Translations under genes and position numbers: made by a program
Notes under the pieces: model-generated
Seen by the model: only the letters and a program-made list of their open reading frames with translations
Told to the model about the DNA's origin: nothing
Databases searched by the model: none
From: Roseibacillus sp.
Lineage (GTDB): Bacteria > Verrucomicrobiota > Verrucomicrobiia > Verrucomicrobiales > Akkermansiaceae
DNA: 64,000 bases
Direction of reading: 5' to 3'
Assembly: GCA_965242925.1 (NCBI GenBank)
Contig: CBDEUM010000039.1
Span: 32,001 to 96,000, forward strand
Part shown: piece after piece, positions 50,028-59,496 of the stretch
Numbering within the stretch: position 1 is the first letter of the stretch
Layout of the letters: every line of letters begins with the position of its first letter

Positions 50028-51533
50028 ATGGCGGAAACCAGCCCCAGTGCAACCACTCCTCCCAAGTTGCCCCCTCTTCCCCTCGAGCGTGTCAACGATT
50101 TCCCGGACCGGCTCAGCCCCATGCTGGTCAAGGAACTGCGCCAGGGACTCCGAACCAGCACCTTCGTCATTCTCTTCCTCGTGCTGCAGGGACTCCTCGC
50201 CATCGTCCTCCTGATCGCCACTCCCCTCGCCATTGCTGAGGGCAGCGTCTCCGGCACGATCGGCGAGGTCGTCTCCAAGATCGTCTTCTGCATCTATGCT
50301 CTGGGAATCCTCGTGGTGCAACCGCTGCGGGGAATCTCGGCGGTGACGACCGAAATCAGACAGAACACAATCGACCTGATGGTCCTTACCCGCCTCAGTG
50401 CCTGGCGCATTGTATATGGCAAGTGGCTTTCGATCGTGAGTCAGTCCGCCCTCATTGCCCTTGCCATTCTTCCCTACCTCATCCTCCGTTACTCCTTCGG
50501 TGGCATGCAACTCTTCTCGGAGCTCGCTCTCATGGCCTACCTCTTCTTCATCTCGGGGACGCTGACGGCCTTCACGGTGGGCCTGTCCGCCACCGGCTCC
50601 GCCCTCCTGCGCGGACTGGTGGTGGTGGGAGGCTCCGCAATCATGATGGGCTACATCTTCTTCAGCCTCCACCGCCAGATCCCGGAATTCGTTGAGATTC
50701 TCAGCTTCACCCGGAGTGACCAATCTCTGACCGCCCTCGCCATCCTCGCCATCGCGATCTACGCCAGCTATTTCTTCCTTGAAATCGGCACCACGGCCAT
50801 CGCTCCCACTTCCGAGAACCGGGCCACCCGTAAGCGCCTCATCGGCCTGGTCATCATGGCGGGGAGCTATCTCCTCCTCCATGCCGTCGATCCCGCCCTG
50901 GCTCTCCTCACCGCGCTCATCATTACCGGCTGCATCTCCCTCGATCTCTTCAGTGAGCGGGCCAGGTTTTCCTCCGTGATCTGTCGACGCTTCCTGCGGA
51001 TGGGACCGCTCGGTCGCGCAAGCGGCCGACTCCTCTATCCCGGCTGGGCCACCGGTTCGCTCTTTTTCCTCACCCTGGGCTTGGTTCTCTTTCTCCTGAT
51101 CTTCCTCACCAACCCCGATCCCCGGAGCTACACCTACGCCGCAATTGGCCTTGGCACCCTTGCCTTTCCCGCCGCCCTGATCCAGCTCTTCGCACGCGAC
51201 TCCTCCAACCGCTTCAGCCTCTACCTCACTCTCCTCCTCCTCTGTTTTGTCCTGAGCGCCATCCTCTCTGAGCTTTACGGGGTCGTCCCCGAGAAACTAC
51301 TCCTCTGGGTCTTCAGTTTCATCCCCGCGGTGCTCCTGCCCGTCGCCGGTCAATCTGCCTCCTCCCCGGACCAATCCACCGTCCTCCTTGTCTCCTCCAT
51401 CGTCACCGGCATTTATCTCCTCATCATTCTTGGTGGGTCCCTTCCCCACGTGGTAGGCCTCTCCAGACTCGAAGCCGAAGCCCTCGAGGACCTCGACGCC
51501 CAGGACCTCGCAGAGGTGAGCCCCGACCACTGA
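50028..51533 (+). CDS. ABC-2-like permease / polytopic membrane protein
   Basis: SPMLVKELRQGLR, E...NTIDL..LTRLSAWRIVYGKW, more than 10 TM segments. Confidence 0.75.
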   Translation: MAETSPSATTPPKLPPLPLERVNDFPDRLSPMLVKELRQGLRTSTFVILFLVLQGLLAIVLLIATPLAIAEGSVSGTIGEVVSKIVFCIYALGILVVQPLRGISAVTTEIRQNTIDLMVLTRLSAWRIVYGKWLSIVSQSALIALAILPYLILRYSFGGMQLFSELALMAYLFFISGTLTAFTVGLSATGSALLRGLVVVGGSAIMMGYIFFSLHRQIPEFVEILSFTRSDQSLTALAILAIAIYASYFFLEIGTTAIAPTSENRATRKRLIGLVIMAGSYLLLHAVDPALALLTALIITGCISLDLFSERARFSSVICRRFLRMGPLGRASGRLLYPGWATGSLFFLTLGLVLFLLIFLTNPDPRSYTYAAIGLGTLAFPAALIQLFARDSSNRFSLYLTLLLLCFVLSAILSELYGVVPEKLLLWVFSFIPAVLLPVAGQSASSPDQSTVLLVSSIVTGIYLLIILGGSLPHVVGLSRLEAEALEDLDAQDLAEVSPDH

Positions 51534-51552
51534 CACCCGAACCCTGCAACCC

Positions 51553-52434
51553 TTGGACCGCGACCTTCTCAAGACCACTTCTACCTCGGCCTCGGTCTGT
51601 GCCGAGAAACTCCGACTCCCCCTGCGCTCCCGCGTCTGGAAGGGACAGGCCGGCGAGTTCCTCGGTGCCGGGGTCGGTTCCTCCCTCGATTTCCAGGATC
51701 ACCGGTCCTACGCCCCCGGCGATGACCCGCGCCATATCAACTGGCAGGCCTACGCCCGCACCGGCCACTACACCATGAAACTCTACCGCGAGGAGGTGCG
51801 CCCGGTCGTTGACCTCGTCTTCGATGTTTCCGAGTCGATGTTCTTCGAACCGGCCAAGGCCCGCCGCTCCTGCGAACTCTTCTACTTCCTCGTCGAGAGC
51901 GCCGCACGCACGGGAGCCTCTCTCCACATCCACCTCGTGGTGGGTGAACACATTCGTCCCATCCCCCGGGAAGCGGTCCACACCCACCATTGGCTCCAGA
52001 CAGCCCGGACGCTCCAGGAGGCGGATCCGGACCAACCACCCGATCTCTCCTCCATTCCCTTTCGGGCCAACGCTTTCCGCGTCTTCCTCTCCGACCTCCT
52101 CTTCTCCGGTGATCCCGTCCCTCTCATCGGTTTGCTCGGCCAGCGCCAGGGAAGCCCGGTCGTCTTTGTCCCCTTCTCCCGGGCCGAGTCCGATCCCAAC
52201 TGGCACGGCAACTATGAGTTCATCGAAGCCGAACGGAAGACCCGCCACCCTCACCGCATCGAACCCTCCATCCTGTCGCGCTACAGGAAAACCTACGCCA
52301 ACCACTTCGAGATCTGGAAGACTGTCAGCCGCCGTTACAATGCCATCCTCGCCCGCGTTGGCGCCGACACCAACCTTGAATCGGCTCTCCATGTCGAGGC
52401 CGTCCCCGCCGGCGCCCTGGAAGTGACCAACTGA
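51553..52434 (+). CDS. DUF58 family protein
   Basis: GSSLDFQDHRSYAPGDDPRHINWQAYART, DVSESM (vWA-like). TTG start. Confidence 0.92.
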   Translation: MDRDLLKTTSTSASVCAEKLRLPLRSRVWKGQAGEFLGAGVGSSLDFQDHRSYAPGDDPRHINWQAYARTGHYTMKLYREEVRPVVDLVFDVSESMFFEPAKARRSCELFYFLVESAARTGASLHIHLVVGEHIRPIPREAVHTHHWLQTARTLQEADPDQPPDLSSIPFRANAFRVFLSDLLFSGDPVPLIGLLGQRQGSPVVFVPFSRAESDPNWHGNYEFIEAERKTRHPHRIEPSILSRYRKTYANHFEIWKTVSRRYNAILARVGADTNLESALHVEAVPAGALEVTN

Positions 52435-52525
52435 GGGAGAAGCCCCCCCTTCCTCTCTGCAGGCAAATCCGATTTCGACCGCCTTGAGCATTGCAACTTG
52501 ACGTCCGAATGGTGAACGTCTCCAC

Positions 52526-53203
52526 ATGAGACTCCTTTTGTCCGCTCTCGGAGCTGCCACACTCGCCCTGCCCTCCTCCGCCCAGGAGGGCGCGCCGGAC
52601 AAGAAAAGCAGCCCGGACTTCCTCAACCGCCGCGGAACCGAGCACTTCTTCGCTGGTCGCATAGCGGAATCGCTGCAGGACTGGGACCGTGTGGTCAAGA
52701 TGGTGCCCCGGCAGGCACCCCACCACTGGCAACGTGGGATCGCGCTCTATTACGCCGGGCGATACGAGGATGGGGTGGCACAGTTCAAAATTCACCAGAC
52801 CGTCAACGGCACCGACGTGGAGAATGCCGTCTGGCACTTCATCTGCGCCGTGCGTGCAAAGGGGGGCACGGTCAGGAACGCCCGCGAAAAGATGTACCCC
52901 TACGCCGGTGACCGCCGTATTCCCCTCAGGGAAGTCCACGCCCTTTTCAAAGGTACCGGCTCGACCGAAAAGGTTCTCGCTGCCGCCGGCCGGGACCAGT
53001 CGGACAAACTGAAACTGCGCAATCATCTCTGCTACGCCCACCTCTACCTCGGTCTCTATTACGAAGCCCTCGGTGAGTCCGGGAAGGCCGCCGAACACAT
53101 GAAGAGAGCGGCGGTCGACTACAAGATGGACCACTACATGGGAAAGGTGGCCCAGATCCACCACAACCTGCGCACGGGAAAGAAGCAGGCTGGCCAGAAA
53201 TAA
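52526..53203 (+). CDS. Secreted TPR protein (NlpI-like)
   Basis: Signal peptide, WQRGIALYYAGRY, DVENAVWHF, YAHLYLGLYYEA. Confidence 0.75.
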   Translation: MRLLLSALGAATLALPSSAQEGAPDKKSSPDFLNRRGTEHFFAGRIAESLQDWDRVVKMVPRQAPHHWQRGIALYYAGRYEDGVAQFKIHQTVNGTDVENAVWHFICAVRAKGGTVRNAREKMYPYAGDRRIPLREVHALFKGTGSTEKVLAAAGRDQSDKLKLRNHLCYAHLYLGLYYEALGESGKAAEHMKRAAVDYKMDHYMGKVAQIHHNLRTGKKQAGQK

Positions 53204-53272
53204 GGGAGCTCTCTCCCAGGGCGCTCCCTCCAGACGCAGGCTGCGGCCGGACACCCTTCTCCGGATCCGCTC

Positions 53273-54667
53273 TTACACCATCGGCATCAACCGGGAGGCA
53301 ATCCAGACCACCCCGAAACCGGATATGCCCATCAGGGTCAGCATGACCGAGAATGTCTTGAGGGTTTCCCCCTCGGTCATCCCCGACATCCTGGAAATAA
53401 CCCAGAACCCGCTGTCATTCATCCAGGGACCAGGCTTGGACCCGCAGCCGATGGCCAGCGCGAGATAGACGGGGTGGAAGGCCAGGTCCACGTTCTCCAG
53501 CAGGGACGCCATCAGGGCCCCACAGGTGATCATGGACACCGTGGCGGAACCCTGGGCGATCCTTACCAGCGCGGTGCACAGAAAAGCGACGAGGAGAATC
53601 ATGTGCCCGGAACCGCTGAAAACATCCTTCAAGGTGTCCGCGATTCCGGTCTCCTTCATGATCGACCCAAAGGCCGAACCTGCCGCCGTGATCAGGATGA
53701 TCGTACCCCCACCCGCCAGGGCTGACTGCAAAACCCGGGGAAGGGCCAGTCCCGGGGGACGATGCTTTACCAGGATGAGAATCGCGATGAGAGCCCCCAC
53801 TCCCAGAGCCATATTCTTGTTCCCCAGCAGGAGGGCGATCTGCCCTCCCAGAGCATAGTCGGCATCCGCCGCTTTCCCATGCAGCGAGACGATAATCGTC
53901 CCGGCCATGATGAGCGCGAAAGGAACCACAACGGGCAGCAGCGAAATTCCCAGCGAGGGGAGCTGCCGCCCGGGATCGGGCTCGAATTCTTCATCCAGGG
54001 AGAGGGCGGTTTCCCGCATCTCAATCCTGAAAGTGTTGTTCGCCCAGCGAGCATAAAGGTATCCCACCGTCATGGTGATAACGCCCAGAAGCAGTCCTCC
54101 GAGGATCATGACACTGAGATCAAGTCCGGGACGTCCCTGATCCCTGAGAGCTTCATCAATTTCAGAAACCACCAGGAGCGGACCGGGCGTGGGCGGAACG
54201 AGGGAGTGAGCCATGCTCCCCCCTGCCACCACCGCGAGGAGGGCCAGAATGAATTTCTCCGGGTTGGCCTTCGCGAAGGTCCGCACCAGCGGAACCATGA
54301 GGTAGAACACTGTGTCGAAGAAAACCGGGATACCGAGGAGAAATCCACTGCTCAGGAATCCCAGGGGAGCACGCTTTACTCCAAAAAGACTCAGGAATCC
54401 TCTCACGATCCGCTCGGCCGCTCCGCTTGCAAGAAGACACTGGCCGATGACTGCCGCCATCGCGATGACCAGGCCCACCTTGCCGCAACCGCTGCCAAAA
54501 GCCGTTCCAAGCCTCTTTCCGACCAGAGCCAACGGTTCCTCCCCGGGAGCCAGCACGGCCACCACCACCGCTCCCAGCATCAACGCCAGGAACGGATGCA
54601 GGCGGAACTTCAGGATGGTTCCTACCACCACCGCCATTCCAATCAGACAAATGACGATCGGGCTCAT
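53273..54667 (-). CDS. GntP family gluconate/sugar-acid permease
   Basis: LHPFLAL, SGAAERI, IPVFFD, HSLVPPTPGP, RIAQGSATV, NDSGFW. Confidence 0.92.
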   Translation of the reverse strand: MSPIVICLIGMAVVVGTILKFRLHPFLALMLGAVVVAVLAPGEEPLALVGKRLGTAFGSGCGKVGLVIAMAAVIGQCLLASGAAERIVRGFLSLFGVKRAPLGFLSSGFLLGIPVFFDTVFYLMVPLVRTFAKANPEKFILALLAVVAGGSMAHSLVPPTPGPLLVVSEIDEALRDQGRPGLDLSVMILGGLLLGVITMTVGYLYARWANNTFRIEMRETALSLDEEFEPDPGRQLPSLGISLLPVVVPFALIMAGTIIVSLHGKAADADYALGGQIALLLGNKNMALGVGALIAILILVKHRPPGLALPRVLQSALAGGGTIILITAAGSAFGSIMKETGIADTLKDVFSGSGHMILLVAFLCTALVRIAQGSATVSMITCGALMASLLENVDLAFHPVYLALAIGCGSKPGPWMNDSGFWVISRMSGMTEGETLKTFSVMLTLMGISGFGVVWIASRLMPMV

Positions 54668-54748
54668 CGTGCACACCATCCTTCCATGCGCGAAAAGCCT
54701 TCAAAAGAACCGCCCCGGATGTAAAGAGAGTTCGTCACCAATATCCAT

Positions 54749-56488
54749 ATGCCTGATCCGCGCCCACGCAGGAAGCCCAAAGACCTTCGCAGCCACCGCT
54801 TCTTCGCACCCGACACCCAGAGGGGCTTCGGTCACCGCTCCCGCCACAAACAGCTCGGCCTCAACGATGACGAGTTCATGGGCAAACCAGTCATCGCGAT
54901 CCTCAATACCTGGAACGATTTCATTTCCTGTCATGCGCACTTCCGTCAGCGCGCCGAGGAAATCAAGCGAGGTGTCTGGCAGGCCGGCGGATCACCTGTC
55001 GAAGTTCCCGTTCTGGGTTTGAGCGAAACCTTCATGAAGCCAACCTCCATGAGCTATCGCAACCTGCTGGCCATGGAGACCGAGGAGGTGCTGCGTGCTC
55101 ACCCCATCGACGCCGCCGTCCTCATGGGCGGTTGCGACAAGACCACGCCAGGCCTACTCATGGGCGCCCTCATGGTGGACATTCCCGTCCTTTTCATGCC
55201 GGGCGGGCCCATGATGCGCGGAAGCTGGCGCGGCGAAGAGGTCGCTTCCGGAACCGATCTCTGGAAGTACTGGGCCGAGCGCGGGGCGGGCTGCCTCTCC
55301 TGCGACGCCTGGAACGACCTGGAAGACCACATCGCGCCCAGCCCGGGTCACTGCATGACCATGGGGACAGCCTCCACCATGACCTCCATCACCGAGGCGC
55401 TTGGCCTCGCCCTTCCCGGTTCCTCCTCCATCCCCGCCGTGCACTCCGCGCACTCGCGCATGGCCGCTCGTTGCGGGAAACGCATCGTCGAAATGGCCTG
55501 GGAGGATCTCAAGCCGAGCGACCTCCTCAGCGAAAAGTCCTTTCACAACGCCATCACCACCGACATGGCTATCGGCGGGAGCACCAACGCCATCATTCAT
55601 CTCATCGCCCTCGCCCGGCGGGCCGGCATTGATCTCCCTCTCGAGCGTTTCGACGAGATTGCCGCACGCACGCCGGTCCTCGCCAATCTCAAACCGAGCG
55701 GCGCCTACGTCATGGGTGACTTCTACGATGCCGGCGGACTACCCGCACTGCTTCAGCGTATCCACGATCTTCTCCACCTGGACTGCCCCACCGCAGCCGG
55801 GATCACCCTGGGCGAAGCGATCAAGGATGCGGAGGTCTTCAACGAAGATGTAATCCGGCCCCTCGACAATCCTCTCACTTCCGAGGGAGGCACCGCCATT
55901 CTGCGTGGCAATCTTGCCCCGGAGGGAGCCGTCATCAAGCCGGCAGCAGCCGATCCCAAACTGCTCACTCACCGGGGACCAGCCGTCGTGTTCGAAAATC
56001 TGGCGGACATCAGGGCCCGCATTCACGATCCTGCCCTGGGCATTACCCCCAACCATGTCATCGTGATGCAGAGCGGCGGCCCACTTGGCGCACCCGGCAT
56101 GCCCGAATCAGGAATGCTCCCTCTCCCGAACTATCTCCTTGAGCAGGGCGTGCGCGACATGGTGCGACTTTCCGACGCCAGGATGAGCGGAACCAGCTAC
56201 GGCACCTGCGTTCTCCACATCGCTCCCGAGTCACACCTCGGAGGACCACTCGCACTGGTTCAGGACGGGGACATGATCGAACTCAATGTCGCCGAGCGCC
56301 GGCTCCATCTCGATGTTGAAGAAGAAGAACTGGTCCGTCGCCGGGAGCAATGGACCGCCCATCCCCCACGCTTCAGCCGCGGATACGGCAAACTCTTTGA
56401 AGACGAAGTCACGCAGGCCCACGAGGGCTGCGACTTTCGATTTCTCGAGAACGACGGATCCAGCACCCCCGATCCCGAGATTCACTAA
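54749..56488 (+). CDS. IlvD/Edd family sugar-acid dehydratase (L-arabinonate dehydratase-like)
   Basis: CHAHFR, GGCDKTTPG, GHCMTMGTASTM, GGSTNA, LRGNLAP, SDARMSGTSYG, PEIH C-terminus. Confidence 0.9.
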   Translation: MPDPRPRRKPKDLRSHRFFAPDTQRGFGHRSRHKQLGLNDDEFMGKPVIAILNTWNDFISCHAHFRQRAEEIKRGVWQAGGSPVEVPVLGLSETFMKPTSMSYRNLLAMETEEVLRAHPIDAAVLMGGCDKTTPGLLMGALMVDIPVLFMPGGPMMRGSWRGEEVASGTDLWKYWAERGAGCLSCDAWNDLEDHIAPSPGHCMTMGTASTMTSITEALGLALPGSSSIPAVHSAHSRMAARCGKRIVEMAWEDLKPSDLLSEKSFHNAITTDMAIGGSTNAIIHLIALARRAGIDLPLERFDEIAARTPVLANLKPSGAYVMGDFYDAGGLPALLQRIHDLLHLDCPTAAGITLGEAIKDAEVFNEDVIRPLDNPLTSEGGTAILRGNLAPEGAVIKPAAADPKLLTHRGPAVVFENLADIRARIHDPALGITPNHVIVMQSGGPLGAPGMPESGMLPLPNYLLEQGVRDMVRLSDARMSGTSYGTCVLHIAPESHLGGPLALVQDGDMIELNVAERRLHLDVEEEELVRRREQWTAHPPRFSRGYGKLFEDEVTQAHEGCDFRFLENDGSSTPDPEIH

Positions 56489-56508
56489 CGTCCTGTGTGC
56501 CAAGCACC

Positions 56509-57426
56509 ATGAGAACCAACCCCGTCACGCCCGGTCTCCTCCGTGCCTCCGTGATTGCCGTGCCCCCGCTCGCCCGCGCGGACGACTATTCCATTTCGGT
56601 CGACGAGAATCGAAAGATCATCGAGCACATCGAAGAGGGAGGAGTGAGCACCCTCCTCTATGGCGGCAATGCCAACCTCTATCACATACGACCGGCCGAG
56701 TACGGTTGTCTCCTCCAGGTTGTTGCCGAGGCGGCAGGCGAGGAGACCCTGGTCATCCCGGCCGTGGGCCCGGCCTACGGCACCATGATGAACCAGGCTC
56801 CATCCCTCGCCGAATCCGGGTTCCCCACGGCCATGGTACTGCCTATGCAGGGCCCCACTACCAGCGAAGGAGTGGTGGAAGGACTCAGCCACTTTGCCCG
56901 GGCCTTCGGACGCCCTATCGTCCTCTATATCAAGAATCCCGGTTATATCGAACCTGAGGATGCCGCCCGCCTGGTCGAGTCCGGCCACGTCAGCTTTATC
57001 AAATACGCCATCGTGCGCGATGATCCCGCTGAAGACCCCTACCTCGCCCGTCTGGTGGAAGTGGTTGATCCCGCCATCATCGTTAGCGGTATCGGCGAGC
57101 AACCGGCCATCATCCACCGCGAGGAGTTCCGCCTCACCGGTTTCACCTCCGGTTGCGTCTGCGTGAATCCATCCCTCTCGCAGGCAATGCTGGAAGCTCT
57201 CAATTCGGGCGATCTCGCAAGGTCCGAGACCATCCGCAGTTTATTCCTGCCTCTCGAAGATCTCCGCAATTCCATCCACCCCGTCCGTGTTCTTCACGAG
57301 GCCATCGAACTCACGGGAATCGCTCATTCCGGACCACACCTCCCCCTCCTCAGCCGGTTGGAAGATACCGAGCGGGCAACTGTCGGAGAGGCGGCCCGGA
57401 ATCTCCTGCAACTCAGCCTGCCCTGA
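56509..57426 (+). CDS. Dihydrodipicolinate synthase (class I aldolase/dehydratase) family protein
   Basis: TIM barrel with LLYGGNANLY, VLYIK, Schiff-base IKYA, SGIGE, FTSG. Confidence 0.82.
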   Translation: MRTNPVTPGLLRASVIAVPPLARADDYSISVDENRKIIEHIEEGGVSTLLYGGNANLYHIRPAEYGCLLQVVAEAAGEETLVIPAVGPAYGTMMNQAPSLAESGFPTAMVLPMQGPTTSEGVVEGLSHFARAFGRPIVLYIKNPGYIEPEDAARLVESGHVSFIKYAIVRDDPAEDPYLARLVEVVDPAIIVSGIGEQPAIIHREEFRLTGFTSGCVCVNPSLSQAMLEALNSGDLARSETIRSLFLPLEDLRNSIHPVRVLHEAIELTGIAHSGPHLPLLSRLEDTERATVGEAARNLLQLSLP

Positions 57427-57433
57427 ATGACCG

Positions 57434-57476
57434 CCTTGCGGACCCTCCCCGAAGCGGGAATTCCGGTCCGCCAAGG
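57434..57476 (+). terminator. Stem-loop at the 3' boundary of the sugar-acid cassette
   Basis: CCTTG-CGGACC ... GGTCCG-C-CAAGG inverted repeat; no clear U-tract. Confidence 0.35.
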
Positions 57477-57531
57477 TTGATCGCCCACGGATCTTGGCCT
57501 AGTTGTCTTCCTGAGCGCCCGGAGACCCTGC

Positions 57532-59394
57532 ATGAATATTGTCCTGACCAATCCCGCCGGTTTTTTCGCGCTCCTTGGCATACCGGCTGTCATCCTCATT
57601 CACTTCCTCCAGCGTCAGGCCAGGGTCATTCCGATCAGCACCCTCTTTCTTCTGGCCCATACTCAGCGCGAATCCTTGAGCGGCCGCCGCTTTGACCGGT
57701 TCACCAACTCCGTTCCGCTCTGGCTGCAGCTCCTGATGGTTCTCCTCCTGACCTGGCTCCTGGTGCTCCCGCGTTATGTCAGGCCCGCCTCCACCCAGCA
57801 GGTGGCGATCGTTCTCGACAGCTCGGCATCGATGAGTGTTTTCAAGGACAAACTGGTAATCAGCCTGCGCGAGAAACTTCCCCCGCTGCAGGGAAACGCG
57901 TCCCGCCTCCAGCTCTATCTCTTTGAGAGCGCCGCGGAAAAACCGGTCATCTACGCCGGCAACGATCTTGAGGAGGCCCTCACCTCCCTGGAAGACTGGA
58001 ACCCCTCCGCCGGTTCGACCGATCCCGACAACTCCCTGCGACTGGCCCGCAGCCGGGTCAGTCGCGAAGGCATCCTGATCTATGTCAGTGACACTCCCGG
58101 GGCCGATCTGCCCTTCGATGCACAATCGCTCTCCATTGGAGAACCCAGAACCAACGTTGGATTTACCGGGGTGGCCTTCGAAAATGAAGGTGACGCCGTC
58201 AGGTGGAATGCCCTGCTCCGGAATTACTCCGACAGCCCTCAGACCCGCAGCTGGCAGGTCGTCTTTACTGACGGCAGCAGGAGCCAGCCGCAACCGGTCA
58301 CCCTCAAGAAGAATTCCATGACCACGATAAGTTCGGCCTTCCCGGCCGGAAGCAACCGCCTGCGCGTGGTGCTCACCTCGGATAACTTCAGTCTCGACGA
58401 CGAACTGCCGATCGTCCTGCCCCGTCCCAAGAGCCTCAAATACTACCTCCAAGTCTCGGAAAAGCACGGCAACATCGCCAGAAAGTTCGGCCGCTTCCGC
58501 AAGCTCGAAGAGGTCAGTGATCCCATTCAGGCCGATCTCTCGCTGGTCTCCTACGATCCGCTTCTACCTGCCCTGCCTGGGGGAAACAGCATCGTCATGG
58601 TTGATGAGACGACCCAGAGTCGCAAGTACCTGCGCGGTGGTATCGTGGCGGAAAAACACCCGCTCATGGATGGGATCAACTGGCAATCTCTGCTCGTTCG
58701 TGAGTCCATCCAGATCCAGCTCAACAAGACTGATGAAGTCCTCCTCTGGCAGGGAAACCGCCCTCTCATTGCCCTGCGCACTTCCGTCCTCCTCGAAACA
58801 CCAGAAGATGCCGAACCCCGGGGCGTGCGTCAGCTGATCTTCAATTTCGACCTCACCCTCTCCAATGCCGAGCAACTCGAATCAACCGCTCTCCTCCTCC
58901 ACCGTTTCAGCCAGGGACTGCGCAACCGGAAGGTGGCCCTGGAAGTTCTCAACACCGAGACCGGCCAACCTCTCAGGATTGCCACCCGGGGCAGCGCCCA
59001 GGCTGCCCCCCTGAGCCTCACCCGCTTCGGGGCAGATGGGCGCGCCCTGGAGGGCGGAACCGAGGTGATCAAACTCACACAGGCCCGGTTCCTGCAGGCC
59101 CCTTCCCAGCCCGGCTTCTTCGAAATCAGACAGGGAGACGAACTACTTCTTGAGTCAGGATGTCACTTTGCTGACACCCGCGAAGCCGACCTGCGAGCCT
59201 GCCGATCTGATGATCAGATCGCGGAATTGAGCGGGAAGGCCGTGGAACGCAACACCCGGGAGGATCATCTCTGGCGCCTCTGGGTGATCATCATTCTGGT
59301 TTCCCTTCTCCTCGCCTGGCACTTCACCAGAGATCGCCCCAGGGACGAAGAAGAACACCCTGCCGATCCCTTACCCGTTGCCGGCAACCCATAG
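57532..59394 (+). CDS. BatA N-terminal domain + vWA domain protein
   Basis: NPAGFFALLGIPAVILIHFL, LWLQLL, MIDAS DSSASM, VSD, C-terminal TM. Confidence 0.88.
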   Translation: MNIVLTNPAGFFALLGIPAVILIHFLQRQARVIPISTLFLLAHTQRESLSGRRFDRFTNSVPLWLQLLMVLLLTWLLVLPRYVRPASTQQVAIVLDSSASMSVFKDKLVISLREKLPPLQGNASRLQLYLFESAAEKPVIYAGNDLEEALTSLEDWNPSAGSTDPDNSLRLARSRVSREGILIYVSDTPGADLPFDAQSLSIGEPRTNVGFTGVAFENEGDAVRWNALLRNYSDSPQTRSWQVVFTDGSRSQPQPVTLKKNSMTTISSAFPAGSNRLRVVLTSDNFSLDDELPIVLPRPKSLKYYLQVSEKHGNIARKFGRFRKLEEVSDPIQADLSLVSYDPLLPALPGGNSIVMVDETTQSRKYLRGGIVAEKHPLMDGINWQSLLVRESIQIQLNKTDEVLLWQGNRPLIALRTSVLLETPEDAEPRGVRQLIFNFDLTLSNAEQLESTALLLHRFSQGLRNRKVALEVLNTETGQPLRIATRGSAQAAPLSLTRFGADGRALEGGTEVIKLTQARFLQAPSQPGFFEIRQGDELLLESGCHFADTREADLRACRSDDQIAELSGKAVERNTREDHLWRLWVIIILVSLLLAWHFTRDRPRDEEEHPADPLPVAGNP

Positions 59395-59496
59395 CGCACA
59401 AGCGGTGGCTCGTATCCGGCCGCGAATCGCCCCTCCCTCACCCTCGTAAACCGCCCCTCTTCCCAGCCCATACCCCTCCGTCCGCTTCCTCCTGAA

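Noticed and set aside
56509..57426. dapA assignment
   Set aside because: It lacks the GTTGE motif and sits in a sugar-acid context.
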